Assembly (NCBI GenBank): GCA_964421015.1
Contig: CAYQUS010000001.1
Span: forward strand, 22,726 to 86,725
DNA from: an uncultured Planctomycetia bacterium
GTDB taxonomy: Bacteria; Omnitrophota; Gorgyraeia; Tantalellales; Tantalellaceae
Direction of reading: 5' to 3'
DNA: 64,000 nt
Shown here: positions 1-10,276 of the stretch, one piece after another
How positions within the stretch are numbered: position 1 is the stretch's first letter
Layout: each line of letters opens with the position of its first letter
The notes under the pieces: model-generated
What the model was told of the DNA's origin: nothing
The model's input: only the letters and a program-made list of their open reading frames with translations
The model's database searches: none
Program-made: the position numbers and the translations under genes

Positions 1-75
1 GGTAGAGTTTTTTTATCGTTCCGGGGGCGGATCTTATCCTCTCAAGCACCGGGTTTTTACCGTAAAGTTTCATCG

Positions 76-441
76 TCATGCGGCCAGCGCAAGTATGGCG
101 CCTATCAGGATAGCTGATCCTCCAACATAGTACGTGAAACGTGGAGGCTGCTGTTCCATCCAGTCTATTATGCCGGTAATAAAGTTCTTCTTGATAACGA
201 ACGCGAGTATCCCCCCGAAAAGCATTAAGGAACCTATAAGCATCACCACCCATGGCACCCTTGAGGCGCCTGCTGAAAATATGAGGATCAGCCCCGCGAC
301 TCCTTTTATCGAACTGGCTATGTAGATATTGGACCCTTCCTTCGCCCTGTCAAAAATCTTTCTCAGGACTTCGGGACGAAAAACCAGAAGACAGCCGTAG
401 ATAATGACGATAATAGCCAGAAGATTTACCAATAGAACCAT
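76..441 (-). CDS. small polytopic inner-membrane protein, function unknown
   Basis: 121-aa ORF with 3-4 hydrophobic helices (LLVNLLAIIVIIYGCLLVF ..., GLILIFSAGASRVPWVVMLIGSLMLFGGILAFVI ...). No catalytic motif recognised. Confidence 0.45.
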   Translation of the reverse strand: MVLLVNLLAIIVIIYGCLLVFRPEVLRKIFDRAKEGSNIYIASSIKGVAGLILIFSAGASRVPWVVMLIGSLMLFGGILAFVIKKNFITGIIDWMEQQPPRFTYYVGGSAILIGAILALAA

Positions 442-483
442 TTTTACCTCCTTAGTTTAAAGGTTTCACGGACCTTTTACCGT

Positions 484-1689
484 TTATTTTTTCATAAGCT
501 CCGAAAAGACTTCAAGGACTTTGTCGACATCTGTTCGCGCGGCTTCTTCTTGGGTAGCCGTTTTTTCCGGATTTGTTGCCCTGGATATCATTTCACCTAT
601 TTTATCCACAGCCATGTTCCTTATGGCCCTGGATACGTTGGGCCCCGGATAGAACCTGGGATTCTCCATGGGGCCTTTTATCTTGAAATCGAACACTGTC
701 TCGCCCGGCGAAAGTTCAAGGTACCTTATTATCTCGGTCATATTGGCATCCCAGAACACGGAAGACGATCCCCCCTGCTTCTCTTTGAATTCAAGCCCGC
801 GGAAAGTAAGAGAGTTGTCGGATCCTATATTCCCCGCGTTAAGATCGAAAACCACCACACCGGAAACTTTCCCCCGTGTTATGTCTATGGGAGAGTATCT
901 GTCGTAATAAGGCTTAAAGAAGGTAATATCCACGTTCTGGGGCTCGATCCTGTTGGACATGGTGATCTTGGAAGCCGCAAGATCCGCGGACACTCTCCAA
1001 TTAAGCCTCTGGGAATCATCGCCGTTAACGAACCCGTGCCCTTCCGTCTCGAGATACGTAACTTCGTAATCATCGAGAAGAAACCTGAAAGCCGACTCCA
1101 TGCGTTCAAGGGTCACGAAGAAAGGCCCGGGCTGGATCATGGCGTCGCGGAAGATTATTTTTCCTCCCGTCATGCTTCCGGGAAGATGACCCCGTAAAAC
1201 AACCGCTTCCGACACACTCTTTACCATACCCTCCCCGCCGGCAGCGGCGCCCTCACTCGAAGAATTACGTATCTCGAACTTCGGGGAGGCTGACATCGAT
1301 CCTCCGGGCGGAGCCATCTCTATCTCGTCGAAATTGGCTCTTCCGTTGGAAAGCCTCTCCATGGACACCACGGGGTCTTTTAGCTCCAGTCCCGTAACCT
1401 CAACCCCGCTAAGAACCGTGCGTCCCCTCATGCGGAAACTTATCGATAAAAACGGAACGTCCGCGAAATAAAGGTCCTGGAAACCTGCCGGATTCCTGAC
1501 TGCCAGGTTGTAGAGCTCCAGTTTACCCCCGGAAAGGTCCAATACCACTTTTTCCACGACCACATTCCCGGGTATCACCTTTTTGAAAAATATGTTAGCC
1601 GCGAAGCGGATTATATCCCCCCTGAGGTACCACACCCCGAAACCGGCGGCAAAGAACAGGCATAATAAGAATATCAGCGTTTTCTTCAT
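484..1689 (-). CDS. membrane-anchored periplasmic protein (AsmA/DUF748-like?), function unknown
   Basis: N-terminal signal-anchor MKKTLIFLLCLFFAAGFGVWYL, then a roughly 380-aa soluble part with no recognised motif. The track start at 1710 was moved to the ATG at 1689, which follows GGAGGG and lies just after the AmrS stop. Confidence 0.45.
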   Translation of the reverse strand: MKKTLIFLLCLFFAAGFGVWYLRGDIIRFAANIFFKKVIPGNVVVEKVVLDLSGGKLELYNLAVRNPAGFQDLYFADVPFLSISFRMRGRTVLSGVEVTGLELKDPVVSMERLSNGRANFDEIEMAPPGGSMSASPKFEIRNSSSEGAAAGGEGMVKSVSEAVVLRGHLPGSMTGGKIIFRDAMIQPGPFFVTLERMESAFRFLLDDYEVTYLETEGHGFVNGDDSQRLNWRVSADLAASKITMSNRIEPQNVDITFFKPYYDRYSPIDITRGKVSGVVVFDLNAGNIGSDNSLTFRGLEFKEKQGGSSSVFWDANMTEIIRYLELSPGETVFDFKIKGPMENPRFYPGPNVSRAIRNMAVDKIGEMISRATNPEKTATQEEAARTDVDKVLEVFSELMKK

Positions 1690-1706
1690 AAACCCTCCGT
1701 TTCCTC

Positions 1707-2720
1707 TCATATCCAGACTCCGGCGACCTTACTGCCGCAGGATAGACAGCGCCCCCTATCGAAAGAATCATCTTCTATGTCCAAGCAATAACCGTTCCTT
1801 CTAATCAAAAGCTTTCCGCAACCGGGACACAGTGTATCCGCAGGCATATCCGCGTTACCCGGATATACATGTTTTAGCCCCTCTTCTTTCCCGATCTCAA
1901 CAACTTCGGCTATAAGGCCCTTATCCGTAGGAGGGACTTTCATAGCCTTGTAGTCGGGATGAAAACGGCTGATGTGCCACGGCATTTCCCGGTCGAGTCC
2001 GGCAAGGAACCGCGCCATTGAGCGAAGCTCATCTAAAGAGTCATTAAGCCCCGGGATGACCAGTGTCGTCACCTCCACCCAGATGCCTGAGACTTTCATC
2101 TTTTCTATCGACCTTAATACCGGGGAAAGCGATGCGCCGCATACTTTTCTGTATTTTCCGTCGTCGAAAAACTTAAGATCGATATTGGCCGCGTCTATAT
2201 ATCCGGACATGACATCGATCGCGGACATTGTCATGTATCCGTTAGTCACAAAAATGTTCTTAAGCCCCTTAATGTGAGCCTCCCTGGCGGTTTCATAGGC
2301 GTATTCAAAAAAAACCGTAGGCTCGGTATATGTGTAGGAAACGCTGGCGCAGTCCGACAAAACCGCCTGTCTCACCGCTTCTTCCGGCTTAAGTTCATAT
2401 CCATCCGAATCTCCCTTTGAGGCGGATAAAGTCGATATGCGCCAGTTCTGACAGAATGAACAGGTAAAATTGCATCCCATGGCCGCCATGGAAAATGTCA
2501 TGGTGCCGGGTAAAAAGTGATAAAGAGGTTTCTTTTCCACAGGGTCTACGTGACTGGCCACGACCTCACCGAAAGCGAAAGTAACAAGCTCTCCCTTCAC
2601 GCAGCGGCGCATTCCGCACAGGCCAAACTTACCTTCGGCAATAAGGCACCGATGCGAACACAACCCGCACCTGACCGTTCCCCCTTCTTCTTTTTCCCAA
2701 AGCATAGCCTGCCGTATCAT
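1707..2720 (-). CDS. amrS: AmmeMemoRadiSam system radical SAM enzyme (AmrS-like)
   Basis: Radical-SAM CxxxCxxC cluster (GCNFTCSFCQNW) in a PFL-activase-like fold. It has the N-terminal Cys motif CGLCSHRC...CGMRR and a C-terminal Cys-rich tail (CPGCG...C..C..C) typical of AmrS. Confidence 0.75.
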   Translation of the reverse strand: MIRQAMLWEKEEGGTVRCGLCSHRCLIAEGKFGLCGMRRCVKGELVTFAFGEVVASHVDPVEKKPLYHFLPGTMTFSMAAMGCNFTCSFCQNWRISTLSASKGDSDGYELKPEEAVRQAVLSDCASVSYTYTEPTVFFEYAYETAREAHIKGLKNIFVTNGYMTMSAIDVMSGYIDAANIDLKFFDDGKYRKVCGASLSPVLRSIEKMKVSGIWVEVTTLVIPGLNDSLDELRSMARFLAGLDREMPWHISRFHPDYKAMKVPPTDKGLIAEVVEIGKEEGLKHVYPGNADMPADTLCPGCGKLLIRRNGYCLDIEDDSFDRGRCLSCGSKVAGVWI

Positions 2721-3805
2721 GTTCCCCCGTCAAAAGACCCTATTGACCCCTGCGTCTCACGGTCATCACCTGATCTTTCCGATACAGGCAAGGTTGCGGA
2801 TGCTCCTATGCCTATAGCCGAACCCAGATTCTTACGGAACCTCTTAATATGGCCGTCCCCTGTTTCATAGGCTTTCGACGCGCTTTCGATAGCCTTGCCG
2901 ATAGACTCGAATTTCTTGTAAAAAAACTCGAAATCCCTCTCTATCCTGGACAGGGATTCCTGCAATTTTTTGGCTTCCTTCGCTATTTCTATATTTCGTA
3001 CGCCCATGATTATGACCTGGAGGAAAGCGTAAAAGGTATTGGGGCTTACCGGGATGACCTTCCTTTCCATCGCGTATTCGTATATCTGACAGGGCTCATT
3101 GATATAATTACGCTCGGCGATGGTCTCGTAGTAAACGGATTCCGACGGGATAAAAAGCAAAGCGAACTCCGAAGTTCCCTTTTCGGGTTTTATGTATTTG
3201 TCCCGTATAGAGTTGATCTGCACCTTGAGCGCCTTCTCGTAAGAGGCCCAGTGATTTTTTTTCACGGCAGGATCGGAAGCGGAAGCGTATCTCTGGTAAT
3301 CGTCTCGGGGAAACTTTGAGTCAATGGGGATTATAACATCCCGATACCTGACCACCGCGTCCACCTTCTCAAGACCGTCCAATGAAAACTGTCTCTCCCA
3401 CATCCCCTTGGAAGGCAGGACACGCTCAAGCATTTCTTCGAGTATGGTCTCGCCGTAGTTTCCCCTGAGTTTTGGCGCCTGGAGAAGATACTCGAGGGAC
3501 TGACCCAGTTTTTCGGCTTTTTCCTGCTGCGAGACAAGCGCCCTAACCGTCTCGTTTATTCCGTTTATGTGTTCCAGGGTCCTTCTGGCATTTTCAGAAA
3601 TAGCGTCCTTGGATCCCGACACTTCTTTGCGGGCGCTGTCCACTGATTCACGCAGATCACGCGAAAAATCTATGAATTTCTGGTTTAAAAAAGCCTCTAT
3701 CTCCGGCCTGGTGTCATCCTTTTTACGGAGCCGGAGCACGGCCGTTCCCAAGAATACCAAAGCCGCCAAAACAGCCAAAAGTATAATAATAATTAAGTTC
3801 TCCAT
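2717..3805 (-). CDS. rmuC: DNA recombination protein RmuC
   Basis: N-terminal TM anchor followed by long coiled-coil, with RmuC-like C-terminal region. 4-nt overlap with the upstream gene. Confidence 0.7.
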   Translation of the reverse strand: MENLIIIILLAVLAALVFLGTAVLRLRKKDDTRPEIEAFLNQKFIDFSRDLRESVDSARKEVSGSKDAISENARRTLEHINGINETVRALVSQQEKAEKLGQSLEYLLQAPKLRGNYGETILEEMLERVLPSKGMWERQFSLDGLEKVDAVVRYRDVIIPIDSKFPRDDYQRYASASDPAVKKNHWASYEKALKVQINSIRDKYIKPEKGTSEFALLFIPSESVYYETIAERNYINEPCQIYEYAMERKVIPVSPNTFYAFLQVIIMGVRNIEIAKEAKKLQESLSRIERDFEFFYKKFESIGKAIESASKAYETGDGHIKRFRKNLGSAIGIGASATLPVSERSGDDRETQGSIGSFDGGT

Positions 3806-3893
3806 CGCCTACATGATACTACCATAAAGGCGGCTTATCAAGACGTTTGTAGAGAGTGGTTCAAGGCGTTTTCGGGAAGAAGGAAAGATAAAA

Positions 3894-5294
3894 TCATATC
3901 GTGCTGAATATTATCTCCTTAGCGGCTGACTGAACCGACTCGGAAAATGTGGGATGAGCGTGTATTGTCCAGGCGATGTCGGAAACGGTCAGTCCAAGAC
4001 GTTTCGCGATAGTTAATTCCGGTATTATCTCTGTAGCGATAGAGCCGACCACATGGGCGCCCAATACAACCTTGCTTTCGGCCTCAGCCACGATTTTAAC
4101 GAACCCTTCTTCCCCTCCGGAAAGCACCGCTTTCCCGTTGGCTTTGAAGAAACTTTTCCCGACAACCACTTCTGGCCCCCTCTTTCGGGCCTCTTGTTCG
4201 GTAAAACCCACGCTGGCGGCCTGCACTGCCGAATACACCGCGTTAGGCATGGAAGAATAATCTATAGCTTTTGTTTGCCGCCCTCGGGCCGAAAAAGCCG
4301 CTGCCTCTCCCTCCGCCTGAGCCGCATGAGCAAGCATGGGGCTGTCTATAACGTCCCCGGCGGCAAATATGCCCGCTGAAGCGGTTTCAAAGGAAGGCTC
4401 GACCGGTATAAAACCCCTTGGATCAACAGTGATCCCGGCATTTTCAAGAGCAAGCTCCCCAGTGGCTGGAACCCTTCCGACGGCCACAAGGACCGTATCG
4501 TAAAGCTCATCCTTCTCTTCCCCGCCAGACACGATTCTTGTTCTCACCTTTCCCTCTTCTATGGAAAGATACTTTGCCGAAGCCGAAGTCGACACTTCCA
4601 CTCCCTTTCTTCGGAGAAAACCGCGTATCGCCGAAGAGACATCCCTGTCCTCTCTGGGAAGTATTTCGGCCTGCGCTTCCACAAGCGACACCCTCGCGCC
4701 CATTGTGGAAAAAAAGGAAGCGAATTCCACACCTATCGCACCTCCGCCGACAATAAGCATATTCCCGGGGACCTTATTCATCCGCACGGCTTCGGAACTT
4801 GAAATTATTTTTCCTTCCATGAAGGGCATATCGCTTATGCCTTTCGGTGACGAACCTGAGGCAATAAGCGCTTTTTTAAAGGATATTAGAAATGGTTCGC
4901 CTTCCACGGGGACTATCTTCAGCGAAGACTTGTTCTCAAACGACGCGGCTCCGTAGATCATCTCTATGCCCAGTTTTTTCAAATGCGCCGTGAGTCCCCG
5001 TTTCAGCTTATCCGACGCCGCGGCGCTCCTTGCCATAATTTCGGGGAATATTCCCGTGACCGAAGATGCGGCGCCGGGAAAAAGAGAAGGGTGATTCTTT
5101 ACGAAGTCGAAAAAATGGGCGCTGTCAAAAAGGGATTTTGCAGGGATACAGCCCTCGTTAAGACACACACCGCCGGTCATATCGCTGTTCTTCTCGACAA
5201 TAACCGTCTTAAGTCCCAGTCTGGCGGCGGCCATCGCCGAAACATGGCCAGCCGGACCGCTGCCTATGACGGCATAATCATAAACTTCCCTCAT
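3894..5294 (-). CDS. lpdA: dihydrolipoyl dehydrogenase / pyridine nucleotide-disulfide oxidoreductase
   Basis: FAD Rossmann motif VIGSGPAG and redox-active disulfide motif GGVCLNEGCIPAK. A second NAD-binding GGGAIG motif and a C-terminal dimerisation-domain HAHPT motif. Confidence 0.75.
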   Translation of the reverse strand: MREVYDYAVIGSGPAGHVSAMAAARLGLKTVIVEKNSDMTGGVCLNEGCIPAKSLFDSAHFFDFVKNHPSLFPGAASSVTGIFPEIMARSAAASDKLKRGLTAHLKKLGIEMIYGAASFENKSSLKIVPVEGEPFLISFKKALIASGSSPKGISDMPFMEGKIISSSEAVRMNKVPGNMLIVGGGAIGVEFASFFSTMGARVSLVEAQAEILPREDRDVSSAIRGFLRRKGVEVSTSASAKYLSIEEGKVRTRIVSGGEEKDELYDTVLVAVGRVPATGELALENAGITVDPRGFIPVEPSFETASAGIFAAGDVIDSPMLAHAAQAEGEAAAFSARGRQTKAIDYSSMPNAVYSAVQAASVGFTEQEARKRGPEVVVGKSFFKANGKAVLSGGEEGFVKIVAEAESKVVLGAHVVGSIATEIIPELTIAKRLGLTVSDIAWTIHAHPTFSESVQSAAKEIIFSTI

Positions 5295-5343
5295 GTTCTC
5301 CTTCCTTTTCCTTTTGTCCCTATGGAACGGCCTGAATAAGAGG

Positions 5344-6687
5344 CTAACGTCCGACGGCCGCTATAACACGGGCCGACCTCTCGAATATATCTTCCAACTC
5401 CTCTTTTTTAGAGCAAAGCGGCAGAAAAAAGTATATCACATCTCCCAGGGGCCGGAGAATAAGATTCTCAGATAGCCCCATTCTGTAAACCTCAAGGCCT
5501 ATTCTTCTTTCGGGCGGAAAGCCATTCTTCGAAGATTTATCGGCCACCAGCTCTATCGCCCCCACGGCTCCGATATTCCTGGTATCCCCCACAAATGGCA
5601 GAGCCCTGGCGACATCGAGAAAAGAATCCAGCATAACATTTATCATCCCGGTCCGGGCCAGCGTGGACTCTTCCTTGAAAAGTTCAAGGCTCTTTAGCGC
5701 TGCCGCGCAGGCGATGGGATTGGCGGTATAGGTATGCCCGTGATAAAACGTCTTCCCCTCACTGTAGTCCCCGTAAAAAGAATTGAAAATTTCTTCTGTC
5801 ACCAGGGTAGCCCCCAGGGGAAGATACCCCGAAGTGATGCCCTTGGATACGCACATAATATCGGGCGACACTCCGGCGTGTTCACAGGCGAACATCTTCC
5901 CTGTTCGCCCGAAACCTGTGGCGACCTCATCGGCGATAAGAAGCACTCCATATTTTTTTGTAAGATCACGTATCCCGCGGAGATACTCGGATGGATAAAT
6001 TATCATCCCCCCGGCCCCCATGAGCATGGGTTCCAGAATGAAGGCAGCTATCTTACCGGCGTTCTTTTTCAGGATTTTCTCCGCGGCCGAAAGACACTCC
6101 ATTGAGCACCTTCCTTTCGAGGCTCCACAGGGGCATCTGTAACAGTAAGGGGATGGAGCTCGAAACGATTCAAACATCATCCCCCCGAATGCCCGAGTAA
6201 AAACGCTTTTGCCGCTTACGCTCATAGCTCCGGAAGTATCGCCGTGGTACCCGCGGTCAAGGCAAATAAAACTGGACTTGTCGGAAAGTTTCTTGGAATC
6301 CCAGTATTGCGCCGACATTTTCAGGGCCACCTCTACTGCCGTTGAACCGTTATCGGAATAAAAAACTTTCGAGAGCCCTTCAGGCGCGATGTCCAGAAGT
6401 TTTTCAGACAATTCTACAGCGGGACGGTGCGTGAACCCGGCAAAAAGAACATGCTCAAGAAGCCCGGACTGCTTTTTAATAGCTTCGCGTATCGCGGGGT
6501 GTCCGTGCCCGTGCACGTTACACCACCAGCTCGAGATAGTGTCGTAATAGAACTTCCCGCTGTAATCAAAAAGCTTTATACCCTCTGCCCTCTCTATGGG
6601 GATCGGGGGCAGATCGACACAGTCCTTCATCTGAGTATACGGATGCCAGTTAACGTCAAGGTCCCTTTTTACAAGTTCATCGTACAT
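5344..6687 (-). CDS. bioA: adenosylmethionine-8-amino-7-oxononanoate aminotransferase
   Basis: Class-III aminotransferase (YHGDT, EPMLMGAGGM, DEVATGFGRTGKMFACEH, PLP-Lys in VSKG) sitting in the bio operon. It carries a Cys-rich insert, CYRCPCG..C..C. Confidence 0.8.
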   Translation of the reverse strand: MYDELVKRDLDVNWHPYTQMKDCVDLPPIPIERAEGIKLFDYSGKFYYDTISSWWCNVHGHGHPAIREAIKKQSGLLEHVLFAGFTHRPAVELSEKLLDIAPEGLSKVFYSDNGSTAVEVALKMSAQYWDSKKLSDKSSFICLDRGYHGDTSGAMSVSGKSVFTRAFGGMMFESFRAPSPYCYRCPCGASKGRCSMECLSAAEKILKKNAGKIAAFILEPMLMGAGGMIIYPSEYLRGIRDLTKKYGVLLIADEVATGFGRTGKMFACEHAGVSPDIMCVSKGITSGYLPLGATLVTEEIFNSFYGDYSEGKTFYHGHTYTANPIACAAALKSLELFKEESTLARTGMINVMLDSFLDVARALPFVGDTRNIGAVGAIELVADKSSKNGFPPERRIGLEVYRMGLSENLILRPLGDVIYFFLPLCSKKEELEDIFERSARVIAAVGR

Positions 6688-6698
6688 GATCTCCAGCC

Positions 6699-7406
6699 TT
6701 ATTTTTTAAGCGACATATGATCCAATATCCGCTCCGCGATCCCGGAAAAATTAACGTAACGATCTTCGTCGCTGCCTGCATGGCCTATCTCTCCCATATC
6801 GGGCACGCCGGAAAACCCGGATATCACTCTTCTATTATCCACAAGAGCCTCCTCATTTTCACCCGATATATGACGGTTAAAAACAAGGCCTATAACATTA
6901 ATCCCCCTGGACTTAACGGCCTCGACCGTGAGAAGAGCATGGTTTATGGCTCCCACCCTGTTGCCTACCACCAGGAGCATGTCCATCTCGAGGTCTCTGA
7001 CTACGTCCACCATGAGCTCCCGAGAATTTATAGGCACCAAAACTCCGCCCGTCCCTTCTACCACGACCATATCAAAGTTCCCGGCCAAAGCGGAAAAACT
7101 TTTTTTTATTTTTCCCGACGAGATATTTTTATTTTCACAAGCTGCGGCGAGATGTGGAGAAACGGGAGACCTGAAAGAGTACGGCACAACAAGATCTGAG
7201 TACTGCCCGTAAAAAGATCCTCTCTTACCCTGGGTCTTTATGTGTGAGTGGATATCATCGGCGCGGCCATCCGAACCCGTCTGGACCCATTTCTGGGTAA
7301 TAACGGAAAACCCTTTTTCAGACAGATACCTCGAGAGAAGCCCGGTAACCACTGTTTTTCCCACGCCGGTGTCCGTTCCGGCTATAAAGATACCGGGGGT
7401 CCTCAA
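6699..7406 (-). CDS. bioD: dethiobiotin synthetase
   Basis: N-terminal P-loop GTDTGVGKT and BioD-like length, in the bio operon. Confidence 0.85.
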   Translation of the reverse strand: MRTPGIFIAGTDTGVGKTVVTGLLSRYLSEKGFSVITQKWVQTGSDGRADDIHSHIKTQGKRGSFYGQYSDLVVPYSFRSPVSPHLAAACENKNISSGKIKKSFSALAGNFDMVVVEGTGGVLVPINSRELMVDVVRDLEMDMLLVVGNRVGAINHALLTVEAVKSRGINVIGLVFNRHISGENEEALVDNRRVISGFSGVPDMGEIGHAGSDEDRYVNFSGIAERILDHMSLKK

Positions 7407-8185
7407 GAGGGCGCCTCCGCCTTGCAGAAATAAACGTTATGAGTGGCTACTATCCCGCCGAACTTTTCCATATAAGTCCTTTCCATGTCACGGAGGATAT
7501 ATTTTCCCAGAAAAACGTCCTTACCCAGTCCCTCTCCCCTAGATCCGCTTTTTTTTATGTTCTGCAAAAATTCCCAGATAGAAAAAAAGTTTACGTTGAA
7601 ATTCTCTTCGTGTATCTCGCACTTGGTGAAATACCTGTTCATAGCAGAAATGATCTCGTTTTTTCCGGCAAAGCGGCTGGAACTTAACCACTGTCTCGGC
7701 CCGAAATGCGCCCCCAGGACCTCTTTAAACTCCCTGAAAGTCCCGGGGCCGTATATGGAAAAGCATATCGTTCCGCCCTTGACAAGATGAGCCAGAAAAC
7801 CGGAAAAAGCCGAGTCAAGACCGGAAAACCAGTGAAAACTGGCGTTCGAAGTTATAAGATCGAATTTTCCGCGCATGTCGATCTTCTCCGCGTCTGACAC
7901 CTCAAAAACGACGTTTCGCCCTTTGAGTTTCCCGCCGGCTACCTCCACCATATCCCTTGAAATATCGACAGCAGTTATGCCAGCGTCGGGGAACTTCTCC
8001 GAAAGAAGCCCGGTATACCCGCCCGTGCCGCAACCTATCTCAAGTATTTTCTGGAAATAATCAAGGTCGAGAAGGTCTACCAGCCTTTCCGCGCATCGCT
8101 TCTGAACGGCCGCATGATCGTCGTACGTAACGGCGCTTTTGGAAAAGTTTTCCCTGATCATGACCTTATCGATATCTGCTGACAC
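7403..8185 (-). CDS. bioC: malonyl-ACP O-methyltransferase (SAM-dependent MTase)
   Basis: SAM-binding motif ILEIGCGTGGYT. It sits between bioF and bioD with 4-nt overlaps on both sides. Confidence 0.7.
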   Translation of the reverse strand: MSADIDKVMIRENFSKSAVTYDDHAAVQKRCAERLVDLLDLDYFQKILEIGCGTGGYTGLLSEKFPDAGITAVDISRDMVEVAGGKLKGRNVVFEVSDAEKIDMRGKFDLITSNASFHWFSGLDSAFSGFLAHLVKGGTICFSIYGPGTFREFKEVLGAHFGPRQWLSSSRFAGKNEIISAMNRYFTKCEIHEENFNVNFFSIWEFLQNIKKSGSRGEGLGKDVFLGKYILRDMERTYMEKFGGIVATHNVYFCKAEAPS

Positions 8186-9340
8186 CTAAGTCTCCTTTTT
8201 TAAACAATAACTCAGGTCTTCCGTGAAATCATCCAGGACTTTAATATCGTGATGCATGGTTACCGATAGCCTCAGCCTGGCCCCTTTCGGAGGTACCGTG
8301 GGAGGCCTTACCGCCAGAACCCACCACCCTCTTTTTTTAAGCCCGTCCGCCAGAGAAAGCACTCTTGAGTCATCACCCACCACTACCGGAACTATCTGGG
8401 ATCTCCCGGACAGACCTTTCAAACCTAAGTTCTTCCTAAAATAGGCGGCCTTCTCAAGAAGCTCCCTTCTCCGCCACTCTTCGAGGGAAGCGACATCTAT
8501 GGCCTTCAAACAACCCGCGACCACCGGTACCGGCAGGGACGTTGAGTATATAAAGCTTCTGCACCTGTTTATAAGATATTCCTTGATATCATTATCAACC
8601 GCGACGTAGGCCCCGAAAACTCCCAGAGCTTTACTGAAAGTACCCATGATAACGTCTATGTCTTCCGAGAGACCCGTCTCCTCTGAAAGCCCCGCCCCTG
8701 ATGATCCGAAAATTCCCGTGGCATGAGCCTCGTCGATCATCAGCAAACAGCCGTAAGATCTTTTGAGGGCCGTTATTTCTTTCAAGGGAGCCTCATCCCC
8801 GTCCATACTGAAAAGGGATTCTGTCACGATAAGAGCTTTCCTGAAGTTCCTCCTGTTTTTACGTAAAAGTTCTTCCAGGTTTTCCGTGTCATTGTGCCTG
8901 AACCGGAAGGATACCGCCCCTGAAAGCTTTATGCCGTCCACTATGCTCGCATGGCTCAGCTTGTCCGAAAAAACACAGTCGCCCTTGCCAACAAGCGAAC
9001 TTATAACACCCGTGTTGGCCTGGTATCCGGTATTGAATATAAGAGCTGCGGGCTTGTTTTTGAACCTTGCCACTTTTTCTTCCAACAGATGATGTAGCCG
9101 GGTGCTTCCCGTCATCAGGCGCGAGGAAGCCGTGCCGACGTTAGTTAACAGTCCGTCGCGTACGGCGGCAAGGATCTCGGGATGGGAAGAAAGCCCGAGA
9201 TAATCGTTGGAGGAAAAATTTACGTATTCTTTACCTCCGTGCAGGATCCTCCCGCCCCCGGAAAAGGATATCTCCGAGAGTTCTCGTTTCCTTGAGACCG
9301 CCATGGAACTCAGATCGAAACAGCCTGCTGGCTTTTCCAT
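8186..9340 (-). CDS. bioF: 8-amino-7-oxononanoate synthase
   Basis: Class-II PLP aminotransferase fold, with PLP-Lys in TFSKALG and DEAHATG. Confidence 0.8.
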   Translation of the reverse strand: MEKPAGCFDLSSMAVSRKRELSEISFSGGGRILHGGKEYVNFSSNDYLGLSSHPEILAAVRDGLLTNVGTASSRLMTGSTRLHHLLEEKVARFKNKPAALIFNTGYQANTGVISSLVGKGDCVFSDKLSHASIVDGIKLSGAVSFRFRHNDTENLEELLRKNRRNFRKALIVTESLFSMDGDEAPLKEITALKRSYGCLLMIDEAHATGIFGSSGAGLSEETGLSEDIDVIMGTFSKALGVFGAYVAVDNDIKEYLINRCRSFIYSTSLPVPVVAGCLKAIDVASLEEWRRRELLEKAAYFRKNLGLKGLSGRSQIVPVVVGDDSRVLSLADGLKKRGWWVLAVRPPTVPPKGARLRLSVTMHHDIKVLDDFTEDLSYCLKKET

Positions 9341-10242
9341 CTCTCCAGCGCCTCCTCAACCAGAAGTTTATCGTTATTGGGGTCCGATCCTGGAACGGTC
9401 AAATATCCTCCCACCATCATCCCGTCGGCTCCCGCGTAAAATATCATCCTTTGGGAATCTTTTAGAACGTTTGCTCTTCCCGCCGCCACAGTTATGCACG
9501 GTTTTTCAAGTATTATCCTGAAAAGCGCTATCGCCCGTAAAGCGTCGGAGCTCTCCAGAGAAGGGAGCTCTCCCATGGGAGTCCCAGGTATGGGCATGAG
9601 GAAATTTAAGGGCACGGAATCTATCTCGAGGCTCCTCAGCTCAAACGCCATGTCTATCCTGTCTTCCCATGTCTCTCCCAAACCCAGGATACCTCCCGAA
9701 CATATTTCTATTCCTTCCCTTTTAACGGCTGTGATCGTCCTCACCCTGTCCTCATAGGTATGAGTGCTGACCACCCTGGAATAGAATTTTCTGGAAGTCT
9801 CGACGTTATGATGGTAGCGCTTGAGCCCTGCCGACTTGAGGCACCGAAGGTCTTCCGTATCTATCGCCCCAAGGGACGCGCAGGGCAAAACCCCTTCTTC
9901 TGGGAACTTTTCGATAACCGAGGCGATCGCAGTTATTTCCGTACGGGTGGGCGAATTGCCGCTTGTGACTATCCCGACTCTCCTGGCGCCTTGAGCCTTT
10001 CCCTCTCGGACTTTGGAAATAATATCACCCTGAGAAATAAGCGGATAAGTTTTTATCCCGGTTCCGTGGCATGCAGCTTGGGCGCAGAAACCGCAATCTT
10101 CGCTGCAAAGGCCGGACTTAGCGTTAACTATCGCGCAAAGCGATATACTACCTTTACGGTTTTTGGCTCTGACCTCGTCCGCAAGGGCCATTACCTCACA
10201 TAAAGGCATTTTTACCAGATCAAGAGCCTCTTCTTTTTTCAT
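9310..10242 (-). CDS. bioB: biotin synthase
   Basis: Radical-SAM CxxxCxxC motif (CSEDCGFC) with BioB-like length and context. Confidence 0.9.
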   Translation of the reverse strand: MKKEEALDLVKMPLCEVMALADEVRAKNRKGSISLCAIVNAKSGLCSEDCGFCAQAACHGTGIKTYPLISQGDIISKVREGKAQGARRVGIVTSGNSPTRTEITAIASVIEKFPEEGVLPCASLGAIDTEDLRCLKSAGLKRYHHNVETSRKFYSRVVSTHTYEDRVRTITAVKREGIEICSGGILGLGETWEDRIDMAFELRSLEIDSVPLNFLMPIPGTPMGELPSLESSDALRAIALFRIILEKPCITVAAGRANVLKDSQRMIFYAGADGMMVGGYLTVPGSDPNNDKLLVEEALERWKSQQAVSI

Positions 10243-10276
10243 ATGTAAACCATTTTATCATTACAGGTTTACAATC

